A DNA stretch of 64,000 nt from Lytechinus pictus (Eukaryota): contig NC_087245.1 in NCBI RefSeq assembly GCF_037042905.1, positions 41,976,001-42,040,000 on the forward strand. Direction: 5' to 3'. Shown piece after piece: positions 37,561 to 48,962 of this stretch. Under the pieces are notes generated by a model. That model did not search any database and was not told the origin of the DNA. It worked only from the letters and a program-made list of their open reading frames with translations. Made by a program: the position numbers and the translations under genes. Every line of letters starts with the position of its first letter. Positions within the stretch are counted from its first letter, which is position 1.

Positions 37561-40500
37561 TAGTCGATTTGACAGTCCCATAGGCTCAACACACCAACCT
37601 AGAAATGTTCTTTCCGATGAAGTTTTTTTCTTGATTCGTGTTCCTATGGGGTCCTAGAACAAATTCAGATTGGTTGCCCAAAGTTGCCGTTTGGGCAATT
37701 TTGCTAATTTGCATAAATCCAAAATGGCCGCCAGATGCCATCTTGAAAACCTAACTTTTGAACCCCTTGCCCCAAAATTATGATAAATGACTCTTTTTAG
37801 GGGTTTAGGGGTGTGTAGAACCGATTTCTATCATCATTTTTGCAATATAAGGCCATCTTCAGGTCAAATCCAAGATGGCCGCCAGATGCCATCTTGAAAA
37901 ATTGACTTTTGATCCCCTTGCCCCAGAATGACGAGTAATACCTCTGTTTATGGTTTTTGGGATGTGTAGAATCTCTTTCTGCTATCATTTTTGCAATATA
38001 AGGCCATCTTCAGGTCAAATCCAAGATGGCCGCCAGATGCCATCTTGAAAAATTGACTTTTGATCCCCTTGCCCCAGAATGACGAGTAATACCTCTGTTT
38101 ATGGGTTTTGGGATGTGTAGAATCTCTTTCTGCTATCTATTTTGCAATATAATGTCATCTTCAGGTCAAATCCAAGATGGCCGCCAGATGATGCCATTTT
38201 GAAAAATTAACTTATGATTCCTTTGTCCCAGAATCATGAATAATACCTCTTTCCGTGAGTTATTTGGTATGTTGATTCCATTCTTGTTAATAATTTTGCA
38301 ATATTGGATCATCTTCAGATCATATCCAACATGTTCAAGATGGCCGCTGCAATATTAAAAAAATACTTCCCGAGACTATTGAACCGTAAAGAAGTACTCT
38401 CCCTAAAAGCGTACACGCTTTCCTGAAGAGGTTGCTATTATGTGTAAGAGCTCATTTAAGAGGATTTCAGTAAAAATGGTTCATTTCTTTTAATCACTCC
38501 ATCTTTAGTTCGAAGTTAAGTCATGTCTAAGATGGTCAGAAGGTTGATATATTTCGTCATTAACCGCTCACTTTAGATTGAAACAACTCAAGGTTCGGGC
38601 TATGATCTATTTCGGGAGTCCATATCATTTTTTTTACGTCCAACTATACTTTTCTAGTGAAAGGACTTCGAAGTGTTATTTGAATTAAAAAGTGATTTTT
38701 CAGAAAATTAGTTAACTTATTACCTTCTTTTATAATCATCGGACTTTTCGGCCTGACAAGAGCCATTGACTTGGTCAGCAGGAGTGCACTATTTAGCCTC
38801 CTGCAGAAGATAGGCTCCCCCAAGACTGTTCCATGGTCGTATCATTCCATGAAAACAGTTTGCTACAACGCTGGAACATCTGTTAACTTCACTCAGTTCC
38901 TGTGAGCAGTGGCGTGAAGCAAGGCTGCGCCTGGCCCCGACACTCTTTGGGATCTTCTTCTCAATGCTTCACCAGTATGCATTTGGCGAATGCACAGAAG
39001 GCTTCTATATCCGTACCAGAGACCGACTACGTGCCAAAACAATGGTCAGGATGGTTCTCATTCGTAAGATGTTGTACGGAAATGATGTCGCACTTGCCCC
39101 TCAAGAAGCGGGAGTACAAGAAATAGTCATACAGCCGCCTGTCCTGTGCATGTAAGGAGTTTGGATCACCCATCAGCCTGTGAGACAGAAATCCTGATCG
39201 ACTCAAGATACTGACTGTCCTCCAGATATCTCTATCAACAGCATGCACTCGTCTGGTTGTGGAGGACTCTTCACCTACCTTGGATCGACTATCTGTCTCT
39301 AGCTTATTTTCCCTGGACAATGAGATAAGCATCAGAATAGGAAAATCCGCCACAGTCATGGCAAAGCTCCTGTACGGAAGTAAGTCCCGGAAAACGTACG
39401 CCGACCAAGCTAAAGCGGCTAAACACCTTTCATGTCAGCTGCCTCGGACGTATCATGCACATTGAATGGCAGGACAAAGTAAACAAAATACAGAGGCCTT
39501 CAGCGTACGTGCTGGCATCCTCAGTTTATTCTCGCTCTCTAGTCAAAGGCGCCTCAAGTGGTTGGGGGCATGTTCGCCGCATGAAACATTGGCGAATCCC
39601 AGAAGCGATTCGCCCAGGTAAGATGAGCTGTGTGATTGGTCTCATCCCAGCTACACCTGAAAACGTCACATAAAACTTGCCGGCATGGACACTATGAAGA
39701 GCTACTAAGTACAGGGGTCAAGACGTCAGAAAATAATCGGAATGCTAAATTGGCAGACCAAAGACCGAGGAGGAAGGCTAGGACAGCATCTCCATCTAAA
39801 CCTGTCTCAGCGTCATTCTCCTTCATCTGCACAAATTTGCTCTAGAGACTGCCACTTACAGCCACTCTCGAAAATGTAAGACCTAGCACTACACCATCGT
39901 CTTTTAAGACGAAGTGATGCCTACCAATCATCTGACACATTGATTTCGGAAAAATATGGAGAAAACACTTTCAAATTCAAATAAGACTCTAAAAGCCTCT
40001 TCAGTACAAAAGTATGGATGGACATTAAACAACTAAAAATATACGCGAAATGGATCATAGCCCAAACCTAAAGAGGGTTCATTCTAAGGTGAGCAGTTAA
40101 TGCCGAAATCTGACATCTCAGATGTGACTCCACCTTAACCTAAGACTTGGGAATTAACAAAACAAATGAGTATTGTTACTGATATCCCTTAACATTAGCT
40201 CTTACACGTAAAAGCCTCGGAATGTATTATTTCAAGATGGCGTTTGGCGGCCATCTTGGATTTGATCTGAAAATTTTCCTTTATGCAAAATCACAGCATA
40301 AATTGAATCAACATACCAAATGACTCACGAACAGAGTTATTATTCATGATTCTGGGGCAAAGGGTTCAAATTTATTTTTTTCAAGATGGCATCTGATGGC
40401 GGCCATCTTGGATTTGACATGAAGATGACCTTATATTACAAAAATAATAACAGAAATGGATTCTACACAACCCTAAACCCCTAAAAGGAGTTATTCTTCG

Positions 40501-40706
40501 TCATTTTGGGGCAAGTGGTTCAAAACTTAGGTTTTTAAGACGGCATGTGGCGGCAATTTTGGATTTATGCAAATTAGCAAAATTGCCCAAACGGCAACTT
40601 TGGGCAACCAAGCTGAATTTGTTCTAGGACCCCATAGGAACATGAATCAAGAAAAAAACTTCATCGGAAAAAACATTTCTAGGTTTGGAAAATGTCAAAT
40701 CGACTA
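37561..40706. mobile_element. Foldback-type element with long inverted arms and 151-bp internal repeats
   Basis: tagtcgatttgaca...aacctagaaatgtt...gggcaattttgctaatttgcataaatcc is inverted at about 40500-40706. Units containing aggtcaaatccaagatggccgcc lie at 37861, 38012 and 38163. Confidence 0.8.
38745..39925 (+). mobile_element. 5'-truncated, frameshifted RTE-clade LINE (dead)
   Basis: RT remnants LTRAIDLVSR, SSGVKQGC, QYAFG..EGFYIRTR, RLRAKT..LIRKMLY, LDNEISIRIGKS, GHVRRM. RTE-like 3' end. Probable TSD aatcatcggac (38734) / aatcatctgac (39926). Confidence 0.8.
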
Positions 40707-40851
40707 TTTCGGCCTATACGGCAAAACACGTCGGGGGGGGGGGCAAAAAGCTAGCCCGAAATTTAGGATGAATTAACCCTGAACATGTTAAAAGGACTGT
40801 ACTGGGCTATTTGAGATGTATTGAGGACTGGAGGGGCATGATGGCCCCTTT

Positions 40852-42728
40852 CAGTGGCGTACCTGGCATATTTCGTCAGGGGGGGGGGGGCAAGCGACAA
40901 GGATGAGCAAGGTGGGGGTAGTAGGCATGGACGTATAGGCAAAGAACTTTCAAGGGGGCTGATAATCATTGCCCAAATATCAACTTCACAGTTTTTAATT
41001 TTTTGAGCGACCGAAGCGAGCGAACATCTCTTTCAATTATTATTAGCCCTTTTACATGATGTGAAACGTGCAGAAATAATTATACATCGATCATAAAATT
41101 ACCAATACACGAGGATATTTGGGCACCTCGCAGTCCTCGTTGTCCTGCATTTTCAGCCCTCCTCCCCCATTCACAATAGAAATGTGTAGGTCTGGCAGTG
41201 GCACTGAAGGTGGGAAAGGTTACCCAGGGGGTGCCCAATAAAACAGTTGGGATCTTGCTACTACTGATATTTGCTATCGGGCGATTGCACTTTATTGTCG
41301 AACTCATTTCTTTTTTTGTATATCATTCAAGAAATGAAATGTATTGGATCGTGATCGATATATTTCTAATCAAGTGGTAATTGCAATGTTTATATTAAAA
41401 TATTTATTTTATTCCTCTTTGACGGTGTTTACATTATGTTTCCTATTCTGCTCTTTTGGAGACGTTATAGAAGAGGTATTTGACATTGAAATCAGTTGTA
41501 TTCATGTATTGATTTGCATTTGTTTTATTTCAATATACACAGTTCAAACAAAAATAAATGCATCCATTCACCCATGAAAAATAAATATGAACGTGAAAAT
41601 AAATGCGACAGTGACATGATATATCACTAGATATGGGGAAAATCACTCACTCACTGGCAGAAGGTCGAGGGAATTGAAATTGAAAAATAAAAATAATAAT
41701 TGCGAGCGCGAGTTGATTTTTTCCTAAAAATTTAGACCTAAAACGATACATTTTGTGCACTTAATTATGAATAGGATGGGTACCTTCCTTAATTAATTAT
41801 GCGAGCGCGAAGCGCAAGCTAAAAATTTTGATATTCCTAACTCACTGGACACTAGACATTCTAAGCAGTTTTACAGCATGGGTATCTAAACAGTCGTGTG
41901 GGCGCAAAGCGCGAGCTAAAACTTTTGAGATTCCGACTTAAGAACTGGATATTCTAAGCACTTTTAGTAACCATGACCAAATTGGTTTCTAACTGAATAA
42001 TTAATTGATGCGAGCGCGAAGAGCGAGCTGAAAATTTGAGATATTCCCCCCCCCCCGAAAAGTGGACATTCTAATCACTTTTTTTTAAACTATGAACAAG
42101 ATGGTAGTTAAAAACAATTAGTTGGTGTGAGCGCGAGCTGAAAATTTTTGATATTGCGGCCTAAGAACTGGATATTATAAGCACTTTTTGTAACCGTGAA
42201 CAAATTGGTTTCTAACTAATCAATTGACCTGAATATTTTTGATATTTCAACCTGAAAACTAGACATTTATCTTAGGTATCAAACAAAAAAATTGTTGCGA
42301 ACGCGTAGTGCGAGCGAAATTTGTTTGTCATAATCATATTACCTAAAAGTTGTTCTCTACCTTTTTCCTGTCCCTGGTCAGCCCAGTCCGTCCTCACTAT
42401 CGGTACAGAGAGTTCTAAAGTTGCATTGCGTGAAAATCACAATTTACCGATAAAAGTGTACAGTTTAATTGACATTTACCGACAAAGATGGTGGAACTAA
42501 AAAACCGAATCAGTTGGAACAGCCCCGTGTGCCCGACAGTTTATCATTTTTTCCGACAGTCTGCAGTTTTTGTTTTCCCCTTTCTCTTAAACTCTTTCTT
42601 CTTTTTCACCTTCCCCTTTTTCTCTCTTTCCTTTTTCCTCTTTTCTTTTTTCTTTCCCTTTTTTCGCTTCTTTTTTTTGCTTGTGACTTGTCAGGGGGGC
42701 AGTCTGCCCCCTCTTAGGTACGCTAGTG
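40852..42728 (+). mobile_element. Non-autonomous hAT-like element, copy 1 of a direct pair
   Basis: TIR cagtggcgtacct / aggtacgctagtg. Colinear with 56572-58439. Confidence 0.85.
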
Positions 42729-43851
42729 CTTCAGACCATGATACAATTGGAGATATACTACCATTAACTTGCTAGAATTGTGAGTGCCAATTCTCTTTGC
42801 CGTACCAACGAATACTCCACTGGCGAAGAAGGGAGGGGGGGGGCTGGCTTTTGGCGAACTGGAGTACCGCCCCCTTCACAAAAAAGAGAAAATAAAAAAG
42901 TAGGAAATATGATATTATTTTCTGACAATTTTTATGACATCATATTTTTAATTCAACCGTTAACTTGCTTGCTTCTTCGCGACTTTTTAGACCTTTTCCC
43001 TACACCTCGTGTTGTGCCCCTAATTTTTTATGCCAATTTCATTACGTAAATGTCAACGTATATAATGTGAAGTTATTGAAACTGAATTATGATTGTTTAA
43101 AATCCAATACATTATGATTTTTAAGGACATGATATCACTGCTCTATGACAGCGATTGCTATGATAAATAGTACCTAATTATAGTACGATGAGAACCTTGT
43201 TTTAATCATTGGGGAATCGTCCTTATGTACTTTATTAATCCCCTTCTTGCTCCTAAACCCTTTCGATCCTCCTCACAGAGAAGCCGTTTGTCATTTACAA
43301 GGTAACAGACTCAAATCACAGGTATGACAGGCGACGGGTATCTTTGGGTAATAATACATTTTCAGAAAATTCAGAATCTTTCTTTGTCCCATATTTTAAA
43401 CCTTTAAGGTACTTCAAACATGGACGTGAAATTATGAGGAGATTTAATACTACAACTTTTCAGAAAAAATAAACACCCTTTTCAAATCTAATTGCAATTA
43501 TGTTCTCACGCGAATATTTATTGAATATCATAAGTTTTTCTTTCCAGAAAAGTTCAATTTCCCTTCTATTCTTTGAATTTTTGATGATAAAAAATATATT
43601 TTGTTTCAAATTGCTTTCTTTTTATATTTTCCCTATTTTACCCCCTTTTAATTTTTATGAGTTTTTTTTCTTTATGATAGTAATTATAACGTTTATACAT
43701 CATTTCATATTTTGGGGAAGTTGGGCTGGGGAGAGGGGTAATTTGATGCTGAGCGAAGCAGACTAATGTCTAACTGTTGTCGTTATTCATTATACCATTA
43801 GCACCCAATAGATCCGTAATCAATGATGAAAAGAAAAACATATGCATATAC

Positions 43852-43973
43852 AGAAGAAGAAAAGAAGAAGAAGAAGAAGAAGAAAAAAGAAGAAGAAGAA
43901 GAAGAAGAAGAAGAAGGAGGAGGAGGAGGAGAAGAAGAAGAAGAAGAAGAAGAAGAAGAAGAAGAAGAAGAAG
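43852..43973. repeat. (GAA)n microsatellite, left half of the LINE target
   Basis: Seen directly. It abuts the LINE 3' end. Confidence 0.95.
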
Positions 43974-44152
43974 ACTTTTTTTGACTTTGACTTTTCAAAA
44001 TGAAACTTTATTTACAATCAAACTATAACATATATACAAATAAAATATGAGAATAATATACTTTGTAAGTACAAATAAGGACTCATATATAAACAAACCA
44101 AGAAAAAACATTAAACAACCAGTAAAGTAAAGGTAGGCTTACATTCCTATAT

Positions 44153-46372
44153 TCAAAAAGACCAAACTAATTCAAAAGAGGTGCCGACAGAACAAAGAGC
44201 ATTGTTCACACACCATCGCTTTGAGAAGGCATTGACGTTATTTTGTAACTTAAAAAACTCATAATCTAGAAGAATCCTGCTTTTCACTTTGGATTTCCAA
44301 ACCAATAGGGGAACTGAAAAATTCAAAGAACGATATAGCCAATAAATGGTACTTTTGAAACTAATAAACAAAAAATTACATAAACGCACGGCTTCCCTGC
44401 AGCGGCCCGAAGCATGCGGAACCAGCGCCCAGTATAATTCAAAGTCGATAATAATGTTCGGAATGAGACGCTTAATTAGATGATGTAGAACGATGAGTGA
44501 TGGTTGGATGGCCGGGCATTGTATTAAGAGATGGAAGATGGTTCCCGTCTCACCACACCATCCACACTGAATTGGAATGTCTTTGTTGAAATGATGAAGT
44601 ACTGGTAGAGATGGTAGAACATTGTGGAGAAGCTTGTACTGTATGTCCCCGTCTTTTTTAATTGTAGGTGGGGCATATATTTGTGTCCAGTTAATTTTCG
44701 TGTTACTTGAGAGAGTTCCATTTTCATGCCAGTGTGAAGGAAGTGATGAATCATAACTGTTTACTCGGCGTTTCAATGCACGATAAATATATTTTGTAGA
44801 TAGTTCAGCTGTAGCTGTCCCTCTCACCAGTTTAATCACTAAAGGGGTGGGTGAGCTGCAGAGTGGACGAAGAGGGGCTTTGAGTCCAGCTAAAGTAAAA
44901 ATAGTAGGGAAGATGGCAGATAGGCGATATTTCAGGATGGAAAGTTCTTGTCCAATCAAACGTCGAGAAAGGCGTTGACGACTTGCATCGTAGGCTGGAT
45001 GGAGTTGAAGGCTGTCAACTGTGCGCCACTTGCCGTTGAAGGGGTCAATGATGTGCTTAATGAGCGTGATTCGACACACGAAGAGCCGTGCAGGGAAGAC
45101 CGTGCTGCCTTCTAGCGATGGGGGAATTAAAGGAAAATAATTGAGCGGCATGTTTAAGACATGATTAACTGAGAGGGAAGTAATGTCAATGTGAGCTCCT
45201 GAGGCCCTCCAAGCAACTAATAATTCTGAGTAAAAACATTGCAGATTGGTGAGAAATTTGGGGTCTAAATCAATAAAACACAATTGGGAATCAAAGTTTA
45301 GACCCCTGTATTTTTTAAGATTGAGAGAGCACAGTAGGTAAGCAGGGTGAGAGCAAAAATTAAGAAAGCGTTGAAAAAAACAGAAACGGAAAGTGTGGAC
45401 TCGTGCTTGGAGAGAAGCTAAACCAAGTCCACCATTGTTGGGTTCACAAGACAATATTTGTTTCTTAATGAGATGACGTTTATTAGACCAAACAAAATTG
45501 ACCAACTTGTCCTGGAGTTCATTGAGTGTGTGATTGGGGACCGATAGTGTAGCCAGAAAATGAAACACTTTTGTGGCAGCTAGTTGGTTAGCTACGAGAA
45601 TCTTGCCTTTAAATGATAAATAATTAGAAAGAGGGGTCCACCGAGAAAGTGTTTTATTTAGTCTATCCTTACAAATCACCCAGTTTTGTTGATAATAAGT
45701 ATTGGTGTTACCTAAGTGAACTCCAAGAAAAGTTAATCCTTCGTTACTCCATTGACAAACAAGTGGTTTATCATTTCGTCGACACCACGATCCAGCCCAA
45801 AGGCCCTTTGACTTATTGTAATTTAAACAAGCATTAGAAGACTTACTGTACGTATTATAAACATTCTGAATAATATCAAAACCATTTTCAGAAGATAAAA
45901 ATATTGTAACATCATCAGCGTAGGCCGATACAGATACATTCAAATTAATATCGGGTATTTTAAAATTACACTGGGCCAGATTTTGTCTAAGTAAGTTGAG
46001 AAAGGGTTCAATTGCTATTGAGTATAGCATGCCCGAAAGAGGGCATCCTTGCCGAATCCCTTTTTGGAAATGGAAGGGTGCGGTTAATGAACCACATACT
46101 TTAACAAAGCTTTCTGCATGACAATACAACAACTTAACACTCGAGATAAATGAGTATCCGAATCCCATTGCCTTCATTGTATCAAAAAGATATTTATGAG
46201 ATATATTATAAAACGCTTTCTTTTGATCAAGATTCACCAAGGCAAGAGGGATATCGGCAGAATTTGCATAATGAATAATGTCCCTTATTAAAATGATGTT
46301 ATCATAAATGGTACGACCTGGAACACAATAAGTTTGATCCTCATGAATAATGCTCCCAATACAGAGTTTCAA
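44153..46372 (-). CDS. Tx1/L1 ORF2 remnant: reverse transcriptase plus C-terminal Zn-binding domain, endonuclease absent
   Basis: IIHEDQTYCVPGRTIYDNI, GIRQGCPLSGMLY, SAYADD, FLGV, GGLGL, C-x2-C..H..C (CGWCGETGTIFHLLIQC). No genuine ATG start. Confidence 0.88.
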   Translation of the reverse strand: MKLCIGSIIHEDQTYCVPGRTIYDNIILIRDIIHYANSADIPLALVNLDQKKAFYNISHKYLFDTMKAMGFGYSFISSVKLLYCHAESFVKVCGSLTAPFHFQKGIRQGCPLSGMLYSIAIEPFLNLLRQNLAQCNFKIPDINLNVSVSAYADDVTIFLSSENGFDIIQNVYNTYSKSSNACLNYNKSKGLWAGSWCRRNDKPLVCQWSNEGLTFLGVHLGNTNTYYQQNWVICKDRLNKTLSRWTPLSNYLSFKGKILVANQLAATKVFHFLATLSVPNHTLNELQDKLVNFVWSNKRHLIKKQILSCEPNNGGLGLASLQARVHTFRFCFFQRFLNFCSHPAYLLCSLNLKKYRGLNFDSQLCFIDLDPKFLTNLQCFYSELLVAWRASGAHIDITSLSVNHVLNMPLNYFPLIPPSLEGSTVFPARLFVCRITLIKHIIDPFNGKWRTVDSLQLHPAYDASRQRLSRRLIGQELSILKYRLSAIFPTIFTLAGLKAPLRPLCSSPTPLVIKLVRGTATAELSTKYIYRALKRRVNSYDSSLPSHWHENGTLSSNTKINWTQIYAPPTIKKDGDIQYKLLHNVLPSLPVLHHFNKDIPIQCGWCGETGTIFHLLIQCPAIQPSLIVLHHLIKRLIPNIIIDFELYWALVPHASGRCREAVRLCNFLFISFKSTIYWLYRSLNFSVPLLVWKSKVKSRILLDYEFFKLQNNVNAFSKRWCVNNALCSVGTSFELVWSF

Positions 46373-47712
46373 TCTACTGGCAACAAATCTTTGTCAGACA
46401 ATGGGCACTGACTTGACGGAAAAGATGACGCCCAATCGACCGAATCGTCGTCAGACAGGGTGTCATCCCACAACGAAGAAGGGGTGGAAGGGTTTGGGGA
46501 GGAAGGAGCTGAAGAGAACTGGATAACGGGGGAGGGAGTGACTGAAGAGGGCTGAAAGGCGGGGAAGGGTGGAAATGAAGGGGATTGGATGCCGGGTGGG
46601 GGCGGAGCTGAAGAGGACCAGGTGTTAGGTGACGATGGGGCAGGAGAGGACAGGAGGACAGGTGAAGGAGGGGGGCCTGTTGAAATAGGTGTAGAGGGGG
46701 GTGATTTCCTCATTTTCCTTGGTGGAGTTTTCGAAGTGAGGGGAGTAAGAATCGGGGTGTCAGGAGAAGATTTTGAAGGAGTTCTTTTCCTTTTAGCAAC
46801 AATATCAGAAAAAAGTCTAGTGGGTGGTGGAGGAAAAGGTAACAGTGGTTCTGAGGACTTTGGCGATTTGGGGGTATTCGACTCGTTTATCTCAGAGGAC
46901 CCCTCAGAACCGACAGAATTGGCGTGATTTGAGGGCCTTTCTGGGAGGATGTTCTGTTTCTGCCCATGAACGGGCTCTACATTAAGAAGCACATTATTCG
47001 TGATATGAGATTTAAATCCCTTTGGTTGATGTTTTGGACCTACCTTGCCCCTATCCGATACTCTCTCGGTAAGACCTTGACGGTCTGTCTTTTTACAGGT
47101 CCGGCTAAGGTGACCCATTTCCCCACATTCAAAGCATCGAATTTCGTCAGTTGAAACGAAGACGCGATAATTCACACCCTCAAGTGAGAAATCGAGATGG
47201 GCGGGTGGGGTAACATTAGGATTAATAAGGACCTGAACCTGTCGCCGAAAGGACAAGATATGGGAAAATGGTTTATCTTTGAAACCTAATGGAATGGAAC
47301 GAATTTGTGACACGACCTTACAAAAGGCTGCAATCTGTTTCACTAACAAATCGTTGGGTATTTCAGGGTATACATTCGAGAGAGTCAAACGAGTAGTGGG
47401 CAAAGTAAGTGGTGACAATTCAATAAACGAGTTCTGAAAAGTAAAGCCTTTGTCTACGGCATCCAGCACTGCCGTACGAGAATTTAAATAAATTGCAATT
47501 CTCTGTTGGCTGATGCGAGATGCCGAGACAATACAGTCAGCTGGTACACATGCGTTAGCAAATTCCTTTACATAATCATGAATTGAAATAGTTGGAGTCG
47601 AAACAAAAGATATACCATTCTTTCGACTGACTCGGGTAGGTAGAAAACCCGAGGGTTGTTGGGCTGAAGTCCCGGGAAGGTCCCGGGCCTCCCGCCCAGC
47701 ATCAGCCGCCAT
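46369..47712 (-). CDS. Tx1/L1 ORF1 nucleic-acid-binding protein (C-terminus probably truncated)
   Basis: SASRI, LTLSNVYPEIPND, HILSFRRQVQV, CCHC knuckle CFECGEMGHLSRTC and a Pro/Ser-rich tail. First ATG at 47712. Confidence 0.88.
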   Translation of the reverse strand: MAADAGREARDLPGTSAQQPSGFLPTRVSRKNGISFVSTPTISIHDYVKEFANACVPADCIVSASRISQQRIAIYLNSRTAVLDAVDKGFTFQNSFIELSPLTLPTTRLTLSNVYPEIPNDLLVKQIAAFCKVVSQIRSIPLGFKDKPFSHILSFRRQVQVLINPNVTPPAHLDFSLEGVNYRVFVSTDEIRCFECGEMGHLSRTCKKTDRQGLTERVSDRGKVGPKHQPKGFKSHITNNVLLNVEPVHGQKQNILPERPSNHANSVGSEGSSEINESNTPKSPKSSEPLLPFPPPPTRLFSDIVAKRKRTPSKSSPDTPILTPLTSKTPPRKMRKSPPSTPISTGPPPSPVLLSSPAPSSPNTWSSSAPPPPGIQSPSFPPFPAFQPSSVTPSPVIQFSSAPSSPNPSTPSSLWDDTLSDDDSVDWASSFPSSQCPLSDKDLLPVD

Positions 47713-47908
47713 GGCCACTTCACTCACAACAAGAAAAAAACACTTGAAAATTACACAATTTTACAGAAAAATACAACCCAACAATGGTGGACCAAATAAA
47801 GCTTTGCCTTAGAAAACACTAAATACTACTCATAACAACAATAGGACCAGAAAAGGCCCAATAAAACGAAAAATCTTACGAGCTCACACGAAACACTTCC
47901 CTCCACGT

Positions 47909-47909
<1 letters not shown>

Positions 47910-47939
<30 letters not shown>

Positions 47940-48090
47940 AAGAAGAAGAAGAAGGAGAAGGAGGAGAAGAAGAAGAAGAAGAAGTAGAAGAAGAAGAAGA
48001 AGAAGGAGAAGGGGGAGAAGAAGAAGAAGAAGAAGAAGTAGAAGAAGGAGAAGAAGAAGGAGAAGAAGAAGGAGAAGAAGAAGAAGAAGG
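47910..48090. repeat. (GAA/GGA)n microsatellite, right half of the LINE target
   Basis: Seen directly in the sequence. Confidence 0.95.
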
Positions 48091-48092
48091 AA

Positions 48093-48331
48093 TACAGCAA
48101 AAACTGTGGTGTTAACCGGTGTACATAGAGGACCACACCAGTTATTTTACTCCGGTGTTGAATTGATGGTGTTAGTTTAACACCTATAGGTGTTATTACA
48201 ACACATTTGGTTGTTACATTTACACTCTTTGGTGTTATGTTCAATCTCTAGGGTGTAATTTTAACACCACGGGGTGTGGTCCTCTATTAACACCAACTGG
48301 TGTCAGTTTTAACACCACAGTTTTTACAGTG
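48093..48331. mobile_element. CACTG-type (EnSpm/CMC-like) MITE inserted in the GAA tract
   Basis: TIR aaaaactgtggtgttaa / ttaacaccacagttttt, 2-bp aa duplication, internal aacacc/ggtgtt motifs. Confidence 0.7.
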
Positions 48332-48799
48332 AAGAAGGAGAAGATATAGAATCTCTTAAAAATCCATTCATGAAGTAGACGCATACTATCTTCATCCATA
48401 CATGTGCAATTTTGTAAATAATCAATCCATATAATGCATGCCTATACAAAGTATCATAAGGGAATTCTATATTTCTAACTTTTTATATCCTATTGCATGT
48501 GAATTTTTTTCAAGTAGTAAAAATTCGGGGAGAGTAAACATAGAAATAAAAGGGAAAGGAAGAGAATGAAAAGTGTAAAAGAAATTGCTATGTTTCTTTT
48601 GATTCAATTGAGAGGGGAGGGAAGTCATCTTTAAGCCGTCTTATACCCCCCACCCTCCTATAAAAATTAACCGGGCCCCGCCCCTGTGTACAGAGCCCCA
48701 CCCCGCTCTGTACCGTGATGGACTACCTTCGGTTTCGATACCGATTGCTCCATCTCCGTATAATCAACAGTGAATGAAAATCTTCTTGAATATTGACCT

Positions 48800-48962
48800 G
48801 GGGGCCGTTTCATAAAGCTGTTCGTAAGATAAGAGCGACTTTAAGAACGACTGGTGAACCTTTTCTTATACGCTAAACTATCGCCAATGAATGTACCATT
48901 TACCACAAGAAAGGATCACCAGTCACTCTTAACTTACGAACAGCTTTATGAAACACCCACCA
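48800..48962. mobile_element. MITE (gtttcataaagctgttcgtaag family)
   Basis: Inverted termini gtttcataaagctgttcgtaag / cttacgaacagctttatgaaac. Confidence 0.75.

Larger units (their letters stand above)
43974..47909 (-). mobile_element. Tx1-clade L1 non-LTR retrotransposon, both ends present, internally deleted, inserted in (TTC)n
   Basis: Contains ORF1 and ORF2 listed below. The 3' UTR ends aataaag...aaaagtcaaagtcaaaaaagt. (GAA)n lies on both sides. Confidence 0.92.

Noticed and set aside
42818..48686. Possible TIR element enclosing the Tx1 copy (cactggcg... / ...cgcccctg)
   Set aside because: The TIR match is short and there is no target-site duplication.
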